From positions 32,222 to 96,221 of the forward strand of contig NIVC01002783.1 of the NCBI GenBank assembly GCA_002269645.1: DNA of 64,000 nt, in the 5' to 3' direction. The position numbers and the translations under genes are program-made. Shown piece after piece: positions 24,601 to 36,408 of this stretch; positions within the stretch are counted from its first letter, which is position 1, and the number at the start of each line of letters is the position of its first letter. The stretch comes from Macrostomum lignano. Lineage: Eukaryota. The notes beneath the pieces were generated by a model. That model saw only the letters and a program-made list of their open reading frames with translations, was not told the origin of the DNA and made no database searches.

Positions 24601-25726
24601 CCAAGCTGTTTGTTGTTGCTGCATTGAGCCAGAGAATCTGTATCCTGACCACCTATATTCAAAGCTTCTATTCTTTTCATCAAACACATTTTAAGCTTCT
24701 CCATCCAGTCATGCACTCAGTTTTTTTTGCACTTTCCTTTCTCGCTTCTCTATTTACTAGAGCTCACGGTCTCCATCAGTCAGTCGCCCAGCTTCCTCCC
24801 CGGGGCCCAGAGGAGGAGGGATAAGTGGAGAGGAGGGAGAGGGGAAAGTGTAGAGAGTGGCAGGCCAAGGCTGCACCGGCGTCTGCGACAAACTCCTTCC
24901 AGCCGCAGTAGCCGGCGGCCCGGTTTCCCGCTCGCTCTTTTTTTTCCTATCCTAGCCGACCGCTCGCCTTCGCCCGTCTGTCCGCACCGCCCCGCCTCCG
25001 CCACTCCGCATTCCAGCAAAGATGTCCGACTGCCAGTGCAACTGCAGCGGGCCATGGCTGCCGAGGCCGAGGCTGCGAGAGAGGCTCGCGCCAAGGTGAG
25101 AGCTGGGTCTGGGGCTGGGGCTGGGGCTGGGGCTGGGGCTGGGGCTGGGGCTGGGGCTGGGGCTGGGGCTGGGGCTGGGGCTGGGGTTGGGGCTGGGGTT
25201 GGGGCTGGGGCTGGGGCTGGGGCTGGGGCTGGGGCTGGGGCTGGGGCTGGGGCTGGGGCTGGGGCTGGGGCTGGGGCTGGGGCTGGGGCTGGGGCTGGGG
25301 CTGGGGCTGGGAGTTTGGATCTGGACAGGGGGCTGGGCTGAAGTGTACGGCTCGGTTGAGAGGAAAAATGAGCTGGCAAAGCAGCCCAGAAACAGTAATC
25401 AAAAAATCAATAATCAGAATGAAATAGTCCAGAAAGACTACAGAAGCTGCTATAAAACTTAATCGGGAAACAATTCTCTTGGATTGATTAACAAAGTCAG
25501 CAAAGCGAGAGCCGAACCGACAATTCAGGTGATCGCAGCTGAGGGCGAGCAGAAGGCCTCCCGGGCCCTGAAGGAGGCCGCCGACGTCATCAACGAGTCG
25601 CCGTTCGCGCTGCAGCTGCGCTACCTGCAGACGCTCAACACGATCTCGGCCGAGAAGAATTCCACCATCATATTCCCGCTGCCTCTGGAGATTCTGTCCA
25701 ACTTCATGCACAGGCCGCCTCTGTGA
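12602..25726 (+). CDS. STOM: Stomatin / MEC-2-like SPFH (band 7) protein, ~303 aa. Exons 12602-12710, 17845-17954, 18914-19069, 20609-20812, 23397-23452 or 23555-23610, 25017-25095, 25529-25726
   Basis: Spliced translation has stomatin hallmarks: hydrophobic hairpin [104 protein letters not shown]. All splice phases are consistent. Exon 1 is less certain (in-frame ATG also at 12593). Confidence 0.95.
12870..14635. repeat. 33/34-bp minisatellite with a 606-bp higher-order duplication (stomatin intron 1)
   Basis: Unit GTGTCTATCGCTATTAG(T)CATTTGTCTACTCCAG; variant blocks at 13405/14011 and 13675/14281 are both 606 bp apart. Confidence 0.95.
15425..16232. repeat. AT-rich ~22-bp minisatellite
   Basis: Unit approx. 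AATAAACAGTTTATGATCAATC. Confidence 0.9.
16568..16880. repeat. Pyrimidine-rich low-complexity repeat (CTCCGCCCCTTCTTCC-like)
   Basis: Read directly. Confidence 0.85.
17311..17374 (+). CDS. Candidate proximal alternative first exon of the stomatin gene ([22 protein letters not shown])
   Basis: TATAAATA at 17221, GCCGCCGCCATG context at 17326, open frame to a phase-1 donor A|GTGAGC at 17375. Confidence 0.35.
18170..18810. repeat. ~31-bp minisatellite (stomatin intron 2)
   Basis: Unit GCTGGCAACCCACAGATGGACTGGGGGAGGT/A. Confidence 0.9.
22120..23265. repeat. 28/30-bp minisatellite (stomatin intron 4)
   Basis: Units GATAGCCTTGACCCTTCCTGACTCACTT, then CCTTGACCCTCCCTGACCATCTCTCGATTG. Confidence 0.9.
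23397..23452 (+). CDS. Stomatin exon 5a ([19 protein letters not shown]), 56 nt
   Basis: TTCTAG acceptor, GTAAGT donor, phase 0 in / phase 2 out. Confidence 0.9.
23555..23610 (+). CDS. Stomatin exon 5b ([19 protein letters not shown]), 56 nt, duplicate of 5a
   Basis: Polypyrimidine tract, CTGAC branch-like motif, CGCAG acceptor, GTAAGT donor; same length and phases as 5a. Confidence 0.9.
23911..24195. repeat. 48-bp tandem repeat, decaying to the right
   Basis: Unit TCAGAGTGAACTAGAGCTGATCAGTATAGGTCACTCTAATATCTAGTG. Confidence 0.85.
25102..25311 (+). repeat. (GGGGCT)n hexanucleotide microsatellite, ~33 units
   Basis: Read directly; two GGGGTT variants; starts just after the exon 6 donor. Confidence 0.97.
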
Positions 25727-26209
25727 TGGCCGGGCCTGAAGGCGAATCTCAGCGCAGTTGACGAGCGAGCTGTGTTAAAAACGAACGCAGATGAACCTTA
25801 ATAATCGTGTAAATTCACAACTGTTTTGCACCGTGGGGGGCCACCAACTGTATGCATGTTAAATAGCGACGGAACTGAATTCGCCACCTCATCAAAAGTA
25901 CATCCTTCGCTTCACAGCAAAATGCTTACTTGCCCCCCATTCTGATGCTCTCATCATGAATTGTCTGATCCAATGAACCCGAATTCACGATTCTGCTGAT
26001 CGGCAAGCACATTGCAACTTACGAACGTTAAGCTTCTCCACCTCTCAATAAGTCGTCAATAAAGTTAATTTTTTTTTAAGAACAAGGAAGCGAGCTACTC
26101 GCTTATACTTATATTTTATCTCTGAAATAGGAATAATAACAACCAAAAAAGTCAAACTTTGTAAACTCAGTTGTTCCACTTTTATGCAATTCCTTTCCAC
26201 TTGGTAAAG

Positions 26210-26625
26210 TCAACCACACTCCATCCCTGTGTGCACTCCCACAGCCACCCAATCCAAGGTTCGCCGTCTCCTCTTACCCCACAACCCCCACCTCACTCTA
26301 TCCTGTGTACACTCCCACAGCCAACCCAATCCAACGTTCATCGTCTCCTACCCTCAGACCCCCACCTCACTCTATCCTGTGTACACTCCCACAGCCAACC
26401 CAATCCAACGTTCATCGTCTCCTACCCTCAGACCCCCACCTCACTCTATCCTGTGTACATTCTCACAGCCAACCCAATCCAACGTTCACCGTCTCCTACC
26501 CCCAAACCCCACCTCACTCTATCCTGTGTACACTCCCACAGCCAACCCAATCAAACGTTCACCGTCTCCTACCCCAAACCCCACCTCACTCTATCCTGTG
26601 TACACTCCCACAGCCAAACCAATTT
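26210..26625. repeat. ~74-bp minisatellite, ~5.5 copies
   Basis: CCTCACTCTATCCTGTGTAC anchors at 26291, 26365, 26439 and 26512. Confidence 0.9.
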
Positions 26626-27964
26626 ACAACCAGAAAAATAACGAAAGAAAACAGCAGAAAATGAAAAATGTGCTAAAGGCAAAGCGTTTCAGTTGCTGAT
26701 AATTTCCATTCGCTTTGAGCTCGTCATTCTGACTTATTTTTAAAATGACAATGATGATGAGATAGAGAAGCTGGAAGAACGATCATCTATTTAGATATCT
26801 GTATTATTGTCGGAACAAGAAACTTTTCTGCGCATGCCTATCCTGATGTGTTTTTTCTATAGCAATGGTATTAGTAGCCGTCTGATCCAAGGACTTCTTA
26901 ATTAAACGATACTTAGTCGTCCTTGGTCTGGACATTTTAACTAATTATATTTTCTCGGGCAAAGTTTTAAACTATTCATAAAATTATTGATTAACCGATG
27001 TTAACAATTTTTGCATACAACAAACCATACGTGAGCATACATGAGTGAGTACAGTCACAAGAGTAAACTGGACTGGCGAAAATTGCTGTGCACTCTATAT
27101 TTACTATCTGAAAAAGTACTCAGATATTTATAATGCAGCTTATTTACCATTGTCAGTTTTCTATCCTATCAATTTCATTTTGCTGTCACTTTTCTGGAAT
27201 CGAGCAAGTCTACCTTAGTACCCGTATGTACTCCTTTGAAGTCAATCAAAGCAGCTCCTTGTTTTAATCTTCTCTTCTTACCCTGATGCAGTTGTAAGCA
27301 GCAATAGTTTTTGTGACCGCCCCTTCTAATATTTTAAATCTCATCTGCTGCTCCACCGAACCAATAACCTAGTGCTTATCGGTTTTCACATTTTCCAGAA
27401 AGAAACATGTCGCTGTAAAATTCAAAAGAAGAAAAAGCATTGGTTACCAAAAAATAAATACACATTACCCAAATCTCTTGCTAATAAAACAATACAACTG
27501 ACTTGCGGGGCAGCACTTGAACCCAGAATCTGCAGGCAAGCGCTGCAGAGCCGAACGGAGCCTCAGAAAATATGCCGAGTTCTTCGATGCGTGAAAGCCT
27601 TCTGCTCTGCCCAGCCCCCCCCCCACGCTACTGTGCCCATGGCATTGGCCCGTCCCCAAGGGGCAGCCTTCGACTTCCTTTCTGGGCGCAGCAGGGGAGA
27701 AGCATCGATGATTGGGACATTGGTAGGAATATTCGACCACAGTATTGGAGAGCAGACTCTGCTTGGCTGTTGCTTTAAAATCCTAAGTCTTAAAAATAGC
27801 TGGTCTGCTTGTAAGGAGGCTTAGAAACGTCCAGAACGGCAAAATATTCTGTTGAATATATGAGAAGTCTCTCTACGCAGTGCAATGGTTTGAGTCCATC
27901 AGAAATCCGTGAACTAGTACAGGGAATTGCATACAACAATAAATACATGTAGCACCACCCAGCT

Positions 27965-28312
27965 GTATAGCATTTTGCAAGCTAGTAGAGCTTATGGACA
28001 AACAAATGAATTCAATATAGAAAAAGCGCATGCACTTTTATCCTCCATGCTTGTTATTGTCTATGGTAAAAACTGTGTCAAATTGTCAAGCGAATGATGA
28101 ATCCTTTAGGCACACATTTAAGCTGGAAATCAGAGAAGACGCACAGAAGGTGCTTAACGTGCGCTCAAATGATTCAATCGTTTCAAGATTTGACTCAGTT
28201 TTTACCATAGACAATAACAAGCATGGAGGATAAAAGTGCATGCACTTTTTCTATATTGGATTCATTCGATTGTTCGTAAGCTCCACTACATGCAGCTTGC
28301 AAAATTCTACGT
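27965..28312. mobile_element. Long inverted repeat / foldback MITE-like element
   Basis: 28013-28075 is the reverse complement of 28196-28258 with 1 mismatch in 63 nt; weaker pairing extends on both sides. Confidence 0.7.
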
Positions 28313-29617
28313 CTTGTACTCGTATTATCGCAAGTATCCGCATTTATTTAATTCAACAATAATAGCAATTTCAGTTACGAGTGCAACTTAACCGCAGTCA
28401 TATTGTTGACATCTGTGCAGGTACACTGCAACTGCTAGCTGGGGTACCAGACTCCTGCACTGATGCACGGCTTTTCTCTATACGTATAGAATTTGATTCC
28501 ACGGTGGATGAATGCAGCTCAATGCTGAAGAATATTGGCACTTCTGTTACAGTTTAGCTAACGAGTACGAGTAATTCTGACTTCTTCTTTGCCAGCCTAT
28601 TTCCTTGTTGCTTCTGCTTTGAAAAAGACACAAAAAGACCGGCGCAGGGGATCGGGGATCCGCAGTTTCTACTGGAAAATTTCCTCGAATCGTCGTACTT
28701 CGGAAAAATTTCCGAAGCTTTTAGCCTTTAGGAAGCTCGAACCCTTGTCCTGGGGCGGTGTTGTACATGTATGCGAATGTTCTTCAAATTTATAACGTTG
28801 CGAATACTTGATTTTCTCGATTAGCCAGGGGAAGCTTTTTTCTGGTTTTTATATCCAGCCTTGATATACCAACTTCGAAATAAGAGTAGCTACGAACCTG
28901 CTTTTTCCTATGGAAAAGACTTCCATTTGTTAGCTAGTAAAGGCTCGCATATTGTAGGAGCACATTCAATTATATACACAACGAACTTGAATCCCTGTCC
29001 TCCTGTACGCTCGTACAATGGTTGTCGCATAGAACGACAATTAGGCCTGACATGCAAAAGTCATCACAGGTCGCTTAGCCAGCGTGGCGATCAAATCCTT
29101 CCTTGGTCTCGTACGTCATCGAGCTACTTTTACTGTAGCTCTTATTTCATAAACTCGCACTAGTAAATGTCTTAAAACGACACACTCGTAACACAGGTAA
29201 TGCAAAACTTCATAAAGACACCAATTCGACTTTGGAGGGCCGCAGATTTCACGCACCAGCCTCGTGGCACATGTGGAACTATCAATTTTGGAAAGCTCAC
29301 GCTTCGATGGGCCCTAAATAATAGATGCGTGCAGTCCTGAAGTGATTGTTATTTGCACAGCGTCCAGGTGACCCGCAAAAGCAGATAAGCTTATATGACT
29401 AATCCAACTCTGGATTTGCTGCCACCAGTCAGAAATTATTGCAAACTTAAGCGACAAAACGGCAAACAAGAACAGATAAGCTTGGTTATCGATGGGTAAA
29501 CTAAATAAAATGCAACGACGCTGCGATTTCGCGTTCCATGCGGCCACAAAAGACCCGTTTTCATCTATCGCCAATGCCAGGAACGTCTTGAAATCGTCCA
29601 TGTTCTCAGAAGCCAGA

Positions 29618-30688
29618 ATGAGCAGCCAGTACGACTTGGACAACAACCTGGCTGTGCAGCTGCACTTCTACTCGCATCTCATCGCCTTCCCCATCCTGAT
29701 CATTCTGGGTTCCGCCCTCAATACAGTCTGCATCGTGGTCATGCTCAAACAGAAGGTATTTCCTCCCTCAGCCAGCGCCTTCATGCTCTGGATCAGTTTC
29801 AACGACCTCCTCGCTCTTCTGTTGAAGGCTACAACCCATTTCCTGGAGGAGTTGGCCAGCTACAATGCAGACTGGTGGCCTTACCAACGAGGTTCGTTGA
29901 AGAACTCCAGCCTCCTGGCCTGTCAAGCGTACATGGCCATCACTTACTACTTTCTCTGCGGATGTCCGTTCTACCTAGCCGGCCTCACCTTGCAACGACT
30001 GCTCATCACTCTATTTCCTATTCGTCGGCCATCTGTGCGAGTCTCAATTGCTGTACTAGTTGTGCTCACCTGCGTGGCACTAACTTTTCCGGTATTTCGC
30101 ATCGTGCTGGTGGACTATCAACCGGACTCGAATGCGCCCTGCAACCTAACGAGCTTTGACAGTCCCATCACCAAAGCATTCTATTATTACCAGACTGTTT
30201 TGTCTAATCTGTGCATATTTGCCTTTCTGCTATTCGGCACCGTGTGCATCTCTGGCGTGCTGTACTGTCGACGGCCCACAGGACGGACACGCACTACTCA
30301 GCGCGTGTCTCGCACTCTTCTGCTGATGAACTTCAGCTTCTTAATCACCTACCTGCCTGTGGGTGTCTACCAGTTGGTCATGGTCAGTATTGGCGGGGAG
30401 CCTAACAGTCACAGGGTATTATTTGGCTTCCTAAACTCAATAATGTACCTGAACTTTGCTTGCAACGGTCTCAGCTATTTGGCTAGTCAGCGGTTTCGCA
30501 CCTGTGCAGTTCAGTTCTTTAGTAGTGCATGCGGCTCTTCCAGCGGAGCGCGTAACGGCTGCTGTTTGTGGCGATGCGTCACGGCTATGCGAGGACGACG
30601 AAGTCCAGTGGTCTCACCGCCCGACTGCTCGGCAAAATGCACTGCCTATAGCCAGGAACCCCATCACGTCCATGATATGACCTACTGA
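29618..30688 (+). CDS. Intronless class A (rhodopsin-like) GPCR, peptide-receptor-like orphan, ~356 aa
   Basis: Seven hydrophobic segments; GxxxN in TM1 (GSALN), D in TM2 (SFND), TM3 cysteine and LTLQRL at the DRY position, TYLP in TM6, NFACNGLSY at NPxxY, helix-8-like SQRFR. Start taken at the third in-frame Met of ORF 29492 that precedes TM1 (MSSQY); upstream Mets are possible. Confidence 0.85.
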   Translation: MSSQYDLDNNLAVQLHFYSHLIAFPILIILGSALNTVCIVVMLKQKVFPPSASAFMLWISFNDLLALLLKATTHFLEELASYNADWWPYQRGSLKNSSLLACQAYMAITYYFLCGCPFYLAGLTLQRLLITLFPIRRPSVRVSIAVLVVLTCVALTFPVFRIVLVDYQPDSNAPCNLTSFDSPITKAFYYYQTVLSNLCIFAFLLFGTVCISGVLYCRRPTGRTRTTQRVSRTLLLMNFSFLITYLPVGVYQLVMVSIGGEPNSHRVLFGFLNSIMYLNFACNGLSYLASQRFRTCAVQFFSSACGSSSGARNGCCLWRCVTAMRGRRSPVVSPPDCSAKCTAYSQEPHHVHDMTY

Positions 30689-31841
30689 TTGACGAGCAGC
30701 GCATCTAAAAGCAGACTGAACTGCTACATGTACTTTGCATACAGGTAACTCGTAAAATAAACGCGAAGCTATCTACTTGTGTTTGGTCTGCGTGTCTGCA
30801 CATTGATTCAGCGACATTCTAACCCCGATTTTTTTCTGTACAATCCAATATAGTAAACATGCTTTTGGTTAATCATGCTGTAAAGTTCAAAAGTTGCATT
30901 CCTGACTCCCTAAAGCAAACTGTTTGAATTGTAATTTGTAGCTGTAATATGCCATTTAAACGGAATGCCTGTATCAACAAGAAGATCAAGCCACTGCACA
31001 CCGATGCCTTTGAGCGCGTATGTGCATGTATGTATGTAACGGTGGCTATAGGTACAGGTGGAATAAAATATTTTTTTAAATTTACGTACATGACTAGACT
31101 GCACAATGACGAAATGATTAAACCCAATATAATTTACACTGCATAATGTTTCTAGGAATGTTGACTTTCTCAGGTTCAGGTTAATTTTATTTAGAGTGTC
31201 AATGTGGTACATAGTTTCGGCCTGTAGCAATAGCCGCCAATGCATTATCCCCATCCGGCACTATAGGTACACGGCCCTAGCTTTCTCACGCACAAACTTA
31301 CTATTAATGTGGCGAATGATTGCAATCAACATGAGAAGTTACATTGATGAAATATATGTTGTGTGGAATTCGCAAATTGGGGATAACGATTCTCATATTG
31401 AATTGAATTGCATGCATACAAAATACATGTGACCTTTATTTTATAATATTTGAAAAGTCGTAAATTGCCATTTTAAATAATGAAGTTTAAAAAAATCTTT
31501 AAAGAAAACTAGAACGTTGGGTTAAAGTTAGAAGAAAACTTAACTTTTAAACCATGAAAAGGGGTATAATAAGTTATAATGTTTAATACAAAAGTGCATA
31601 ATCACAGCTGGTCACATGTTTCCAAGAAAGCAAAACCAATTTCTGCATTTTAATACGAGCTTATTGTTCCTTTTACAAGGCACAAGACTAGTAATAGAAA
31701 GTAGAGTAGTATTATCCTATAAACCCAGCACATACTAATATTTGAAATTTATCCTTTTTATATGTGGTGCATGCAATTGGTTTAATTCTATAGCGATACA
31801 AGTATTGCCATATCACATGTCAATTGGGGCGATTTCTCAGT

Positions 31842-31925
31842 TTCCCGCGTTTAATTATAACCCCCACCCCCCACCACCCTTGAATAGAGGGCGAAATAAT
31901 TCCGTAAAATAATTAAACGCGGGAA
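31842..31925. repeat. 17-bp perfect inverted repeat around a 50-bp spacer (MITE remnant?)
   Basis: TTCCCGCGTTTAATTAT at 31842-31858 and ATAATTAAACGCGGGAA at 31909-31925. Confidence 0.6.
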
Positions 31926-32929
31926 TCTTCAGGATCGCCGTCAATTGGTAATAGCAATAGGGGCCTATATTAATAGATTAATGTTCATCATCCCAGATCC
32001 TAGCTAGTGCTGCGGCCGTCGCCATGATTCTTCAAGAACTATTTTTATTTCTCTAATGACAATTTGTTAACAAGATTTAATTTCAAGACCAACATACTAC
32101 CAACATACATACAACAGACCAAGACATACCAAACAGTTGGTATGTTTTCACACCAACTTTATATTAATGGCCTGTCTAATTGGCCAAATTTTGTCACTTT
32201 TTTTACATTTTAGGTCTAGTCACAGATATTGTTTGACAATATTATTTTCATTAAAATGTATTATAATCTTTATGATATGCAATACTTGGTAAGATTCAAT
32301 TTTTTTAGGAATGTACATGTACATAAATGAGTTTTCTTTTATCTAAGATAAAGAAAGCAAACCCTAGGCATTAGGAAGGACTAAAAGTCTAAATATCTTT
32401 TATAGTTTGTATTGCAAAATCTAAAGTTTAAAGAGTAGGCCTAAATCTAAAGTTTAAAGAGAAAGCCAAATCGAGAGAAGAGAAAGGGAGAGAAGCGGGG
32501 ATGTCATTATATATTTTATAGTAGGGAGGACTTTTGAACTCTGAGGCCTAAAATCGGCGCATGACCAAGATGGCCACACACCAAGATGGCCACAGCTCTG
32601 AATGGCTGCTTGGATAGGAATAGGTTTATATATTTCCTCATTTCCTATTGGCTGTGATTGGGGTGGGGTATGACCTAGCTTCAAGTCTCGGAGAAAACAG
32701 ATTTTGTTAGTGAAATTAGACTAAGTAAAACATAAAACACTTCCCTTTACAGCAGGTATTACTACCTACTAAAGCTAGTAGCACTACTAGCACAAGACAT
32801 TTGATTTTTGTATCATAGATAATAGTTTCAAACCTATCTCAATATACTAAAACTGACATGTTGTTTGTATATGTTAAAAGTTAAAGGTAGAGGGTAAAGG
32901 TATTAGTTATGATAGAAGTAAGCAAAAAT

Positions 32930-33574
32930 TAGAGTGCCCTCTTGTCTCTCATCTTTTCTCTCATATCTGCACTCTCATCTCTTATCTTTTCTCTGTCATC
33001 TCTGCCTTCTCGTCTCTAATCTTTTCTCTCTCTCATCTTTGCCCTCTCCTCTCTCATCTATTCTCTCTCATGTCTGCCCTCTTCTCTCTTTTTTCTCTCA
33101 TCTCTGCCCTCTCCCATATCATCTTTCTCTCTCTCATCTCTGCCCTCTCCTCTCATCTCTTGCCCTCTCTCTCTCATCTATTCTCTCTCTCATCTCTGCC
33201 CTCTCCTCTCTCCTCTCCTCACTTCTCTCCTCTCCTCTCTCCTCTCCTCTCTCCTCACCTCTTTGCTCTCATCTTCCTTTTCCTCTTCATTCTTTTCTCC
33301 CTTTCCTCCTTTCTCCTCTCCATTAGTCTCCCTTCTCCTCTCTCTCTGCTTGTATTTAATCTCTCCTCTCATCAACTCTCTTCTCCTTTATTCCTTCGCC
33401 CCTCCTTTATCCTATGCTTGTATTTCTCTTCTCTATTCCTTACCCTCTCTCCTCACCTCTGGCCCACTCTGTCATCAGGACTCCTCGCTTCGCTTTGGGG
33501 GCCAACGAAGCGGCCACTAGAAGGGCAGTCATGAGCTGGGTTCTCAATTGAGGTAAAAAGTTTGCCAACCCCTG
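32930..33574 (-). mobile_element. Fragment of the hAT-like MITE family nested in the MULE, with CT-rich body
   Basis: End GCAGTCATG..TTCTCAAT..AAGTTTGCCAACCCCTG matches the reverse complement of 5403-5460. Confidence 0.6.
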
Positions 33575-33654
33575 CACTAAAAGTACCTGGCTTAGTCACA
33601 TTAGATAAAAACTACATGTATAGTGGAATGGGATTGAGAACAACGTGAACTAGC

Positions 33655-34530
33655 CTCTTTACTCTCAACCTCTCCACTCTCAGCCTCTATCTACTCTCAA
33701 CCTCTATTCTCAGCCTCTCCACTCTTAGCCTCTCTCTACTCTCAGCCTCTATCCACTCTCAACCTCTATCCCCAGCCCTTCTCTACTCTTAGCCCCTCTC
33801 TGCTCTTAGCCCCTCTCTGCTCTCAGCCTCTCTCTACTCTCAGCCTCTACTTTCATCTTCTCTCTCAGCTCAGCTTATATCTAGTTCTAAAATCTGAAGT
33901 CATACTCAAACAAAAACTTGTCTTTCGAAAACATGTATCTGCAAAATCTCTGGCCTGCTGTCTCTCTCTATGTCCCTCAGATCCTTTGAAACTTCTATCT
34001 TCTCTTTCGTTTCCTCTCTCTCTCTTCTCTCTCTCTCTTCTCTTCTTTTACTTCCTGTCTTATCTCCTCTCTCTCATCTCTCATCTGTACTCTCCTTTAA
34101 CATCTCTCCTCTTTTTTCCCAACTCTCCCAACTCTTCTCTCAACTTTCTTCCCTTTACTCTTTCACCTCCCCTCTCTACTCTCTCCTCCCTCTCATCTCT
34201 CATCTCTCCTGCTCTCCCATCTCTCTTCTCCTTTCTACTCTCTCCTTTCTCCATTCTTCTATTTCCTCTCATCTCTCTTCTCTCCTTTCCCCTCTCTTCC
34301 TGTCTTCTCGATTCTCCCCCTTTATTCTCCTTTCTCCTATGCTCCTAGATTGTCTCTCATGTCTGCTCTCACATATTTCTCTTCTCTCTCCACTCGTCTC
34401 TATAATCTCTTCCCTTTCCTCTCTCCTCTGTTCTAGCTCTACTGTCTCATTTCTCGTCTCTGCTTTCTCATCTCTCCTTTCTCCTCTTTCATCTCTCCTA
34501 TCTGATCTCTTCTCTCTTCTGTTTGCATCA
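33655..34530. repeat. CT-rich low-complexity tract
   Basis: Read directly. Confidence 0.8.
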
Positions 34531-35646
34531 GACTTGTATCTGTAAATGTATTTAGAGGTTTGGCTTATTTTGACGAGATTTCAGAATTGTCAGACTTTGA
34601 TTGAAGCTTTGCGTTTCTTGGGTATCAGTACTTACTGAAAAATACATGCATCTCATATCTGTGCAAATTTGCCGCAGTGCATAAAGAGTACAAATGATAT
34701 TTACATAAATAAATCTGAGGCTTCATGCTAAGTGCTGCATGCAAAGACACTATATTGAGTTATTTATTTACGAGCCTAATTGTTATCATGGTTACCAACC
34801 ATAGCAGTTGGCTAAAAATGTTAAAACTGAAAAAAGATTGCAACGAAAAATAACGATATGGCTGATTTGAGGTGAGCTGTTTTATATAGATAGATTTTTA
34901 TCTCCACGCAAGCCAGTCAGTTATTTAGACTATTTATGACTTCCAATCGTATCGTATCAGTATAGGCCAAGATTGAAAAAAATGTTGCTCTAGGGTTGGC
35001 TTGAGTGTAACGATCCATGAGGCATCACCACCACTAGGGGAGCAGTGTGAGGACTGTTTGACCATAAATTAACTCTGCTCATTCAAGCTTGAATTGACAG
35101 CAACCCCGCCTACCTTTTGTATTCAACTTAAACAACAGAATACGGCTTGTATGTAAACTGAATAGAAGTGGAAATCAAAAATAAAAAACTGCATCAGTTG
35201 CCACCCATTTACGATATTTCATATTATTTCTGGATACCAACGGATTGACAACAGCTTGTAGCAATGAATAAATTGTTTTTCTATGAAATCTTTCATCAGG
35301 CCTGTTCTGCGAACGTGGGTGCGAAAGGTATCTCATATCTGCATTTTAATAGCTCGTATACGTAGCTCATATAATATCATGCATAATGATGGGGATGATG
35401 GGATGATGATGAATTACGGAGGCAGAAGTGCACTGAGTCACACATACATGCAGTGACTAGCCCAAGTAAAGGCTGCTTGCTCTGTAAGTGCGACGCAATG
35501 AACCCCCCCATCCCAAATTTGAGCGTAAAACAAAGTGTAATATCTGGCAAGAAATGTGCACAGTGATTCTTAAATATGCTCCAGGGCTATATTGAGTGCA
35601 GCAAATAAGTAAGTGCGGATTTTTTGGCTTTTTAACTCGTTATGAT

Positions 35647-36408
35647 CTAATATGGCAATAAGGTACGGGTGGCATGGATAGATGACAACATGCGCTTTGC
35701 TCCCTCCTTTACCTCCTTTGCTGCCTTTCTCTTCTGAGCTGGCCAATCTACTGGATCGCACGTGTGCGGAGCAAGGGCTTCTATGGTTCCATCAGCACGG
35801 CGGACTGCAGAGCCATGACAGTGCATGCAGTGATAAACGCTTAGTGCAGCGATAGTACGTGTTGCCATTTCGCCGCATTTTTTCATCCATCAGATGGCCA
35901 AGGTCTCGTTGGGTATACTGCACTAGAAGGTCTTTTCCGTGACTGCATCCTGCACCTGTAAGAATCTCAAGGGGCCGGGGAGGTGGGCTGCAGGGCGGTG
36001 CAAGCTCTGCTGGAGGAATTTGAATGGATTCTTCCAGAGCTGGATCAGGGTCATTGAAATCTAGATACTGGTAAAGAAAATTTTCTGCTTGTGCAGACTC
36101 AAATGCACTGGTTCTGGATTTTCAGCAGGCAGAGGAACAGCCGCTGGTCCAGAATTCGGGCTTGTACATTGTACCACTGCAGCACCTGCAGCTTGAGACA
36201 CTGCTAAGTTACCTGCAGGAGCCCGTCTATTGCATTGATTGCAAAGCCAGAAAAACTCACTGACATTTCTCATTGCAGAATACTGATCGATTGTGACGCG
36301 ACTATCACATGCACGGTGCTGCCAATTCAAGCATTGAGAACACTCAGTTGCGTCTTGTCCATCGCAAACTGGCTGCAGACAGACCACACATGGATATGCA
36401 GCAGCCAT
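35647..36408 (-). pseudogene. Disrupted PHD-finger + FLYWCH-like zinc-finger ORF of the MULE
   Basis: PHD pattern CVVC-x-CSQC-x-WQHRAC-x-WLCNQC. A second frame gives LDFNDPDPALEE..GKDLLV..RRNGNTYYRCTKRLSL, and an apparent 4-nt TGCA duplication shifts it to HCHGSAVRRADGTIEALAPHTC. Confidence 0.75.

Noticed and set aside
24727-25711. Long GA/PA/PQ/LG-repeat ORFs spanning the GGGGCT tract
   Set aside because: They are read-through of the intronic hexamer repeat; the real coding parts are exons 25017-25095 and 25529-25726.
27372-27824. 150-aa ORF downstream of stomatin
   Set aside because: Non-ATG start and no recognisable motifs in any frame.
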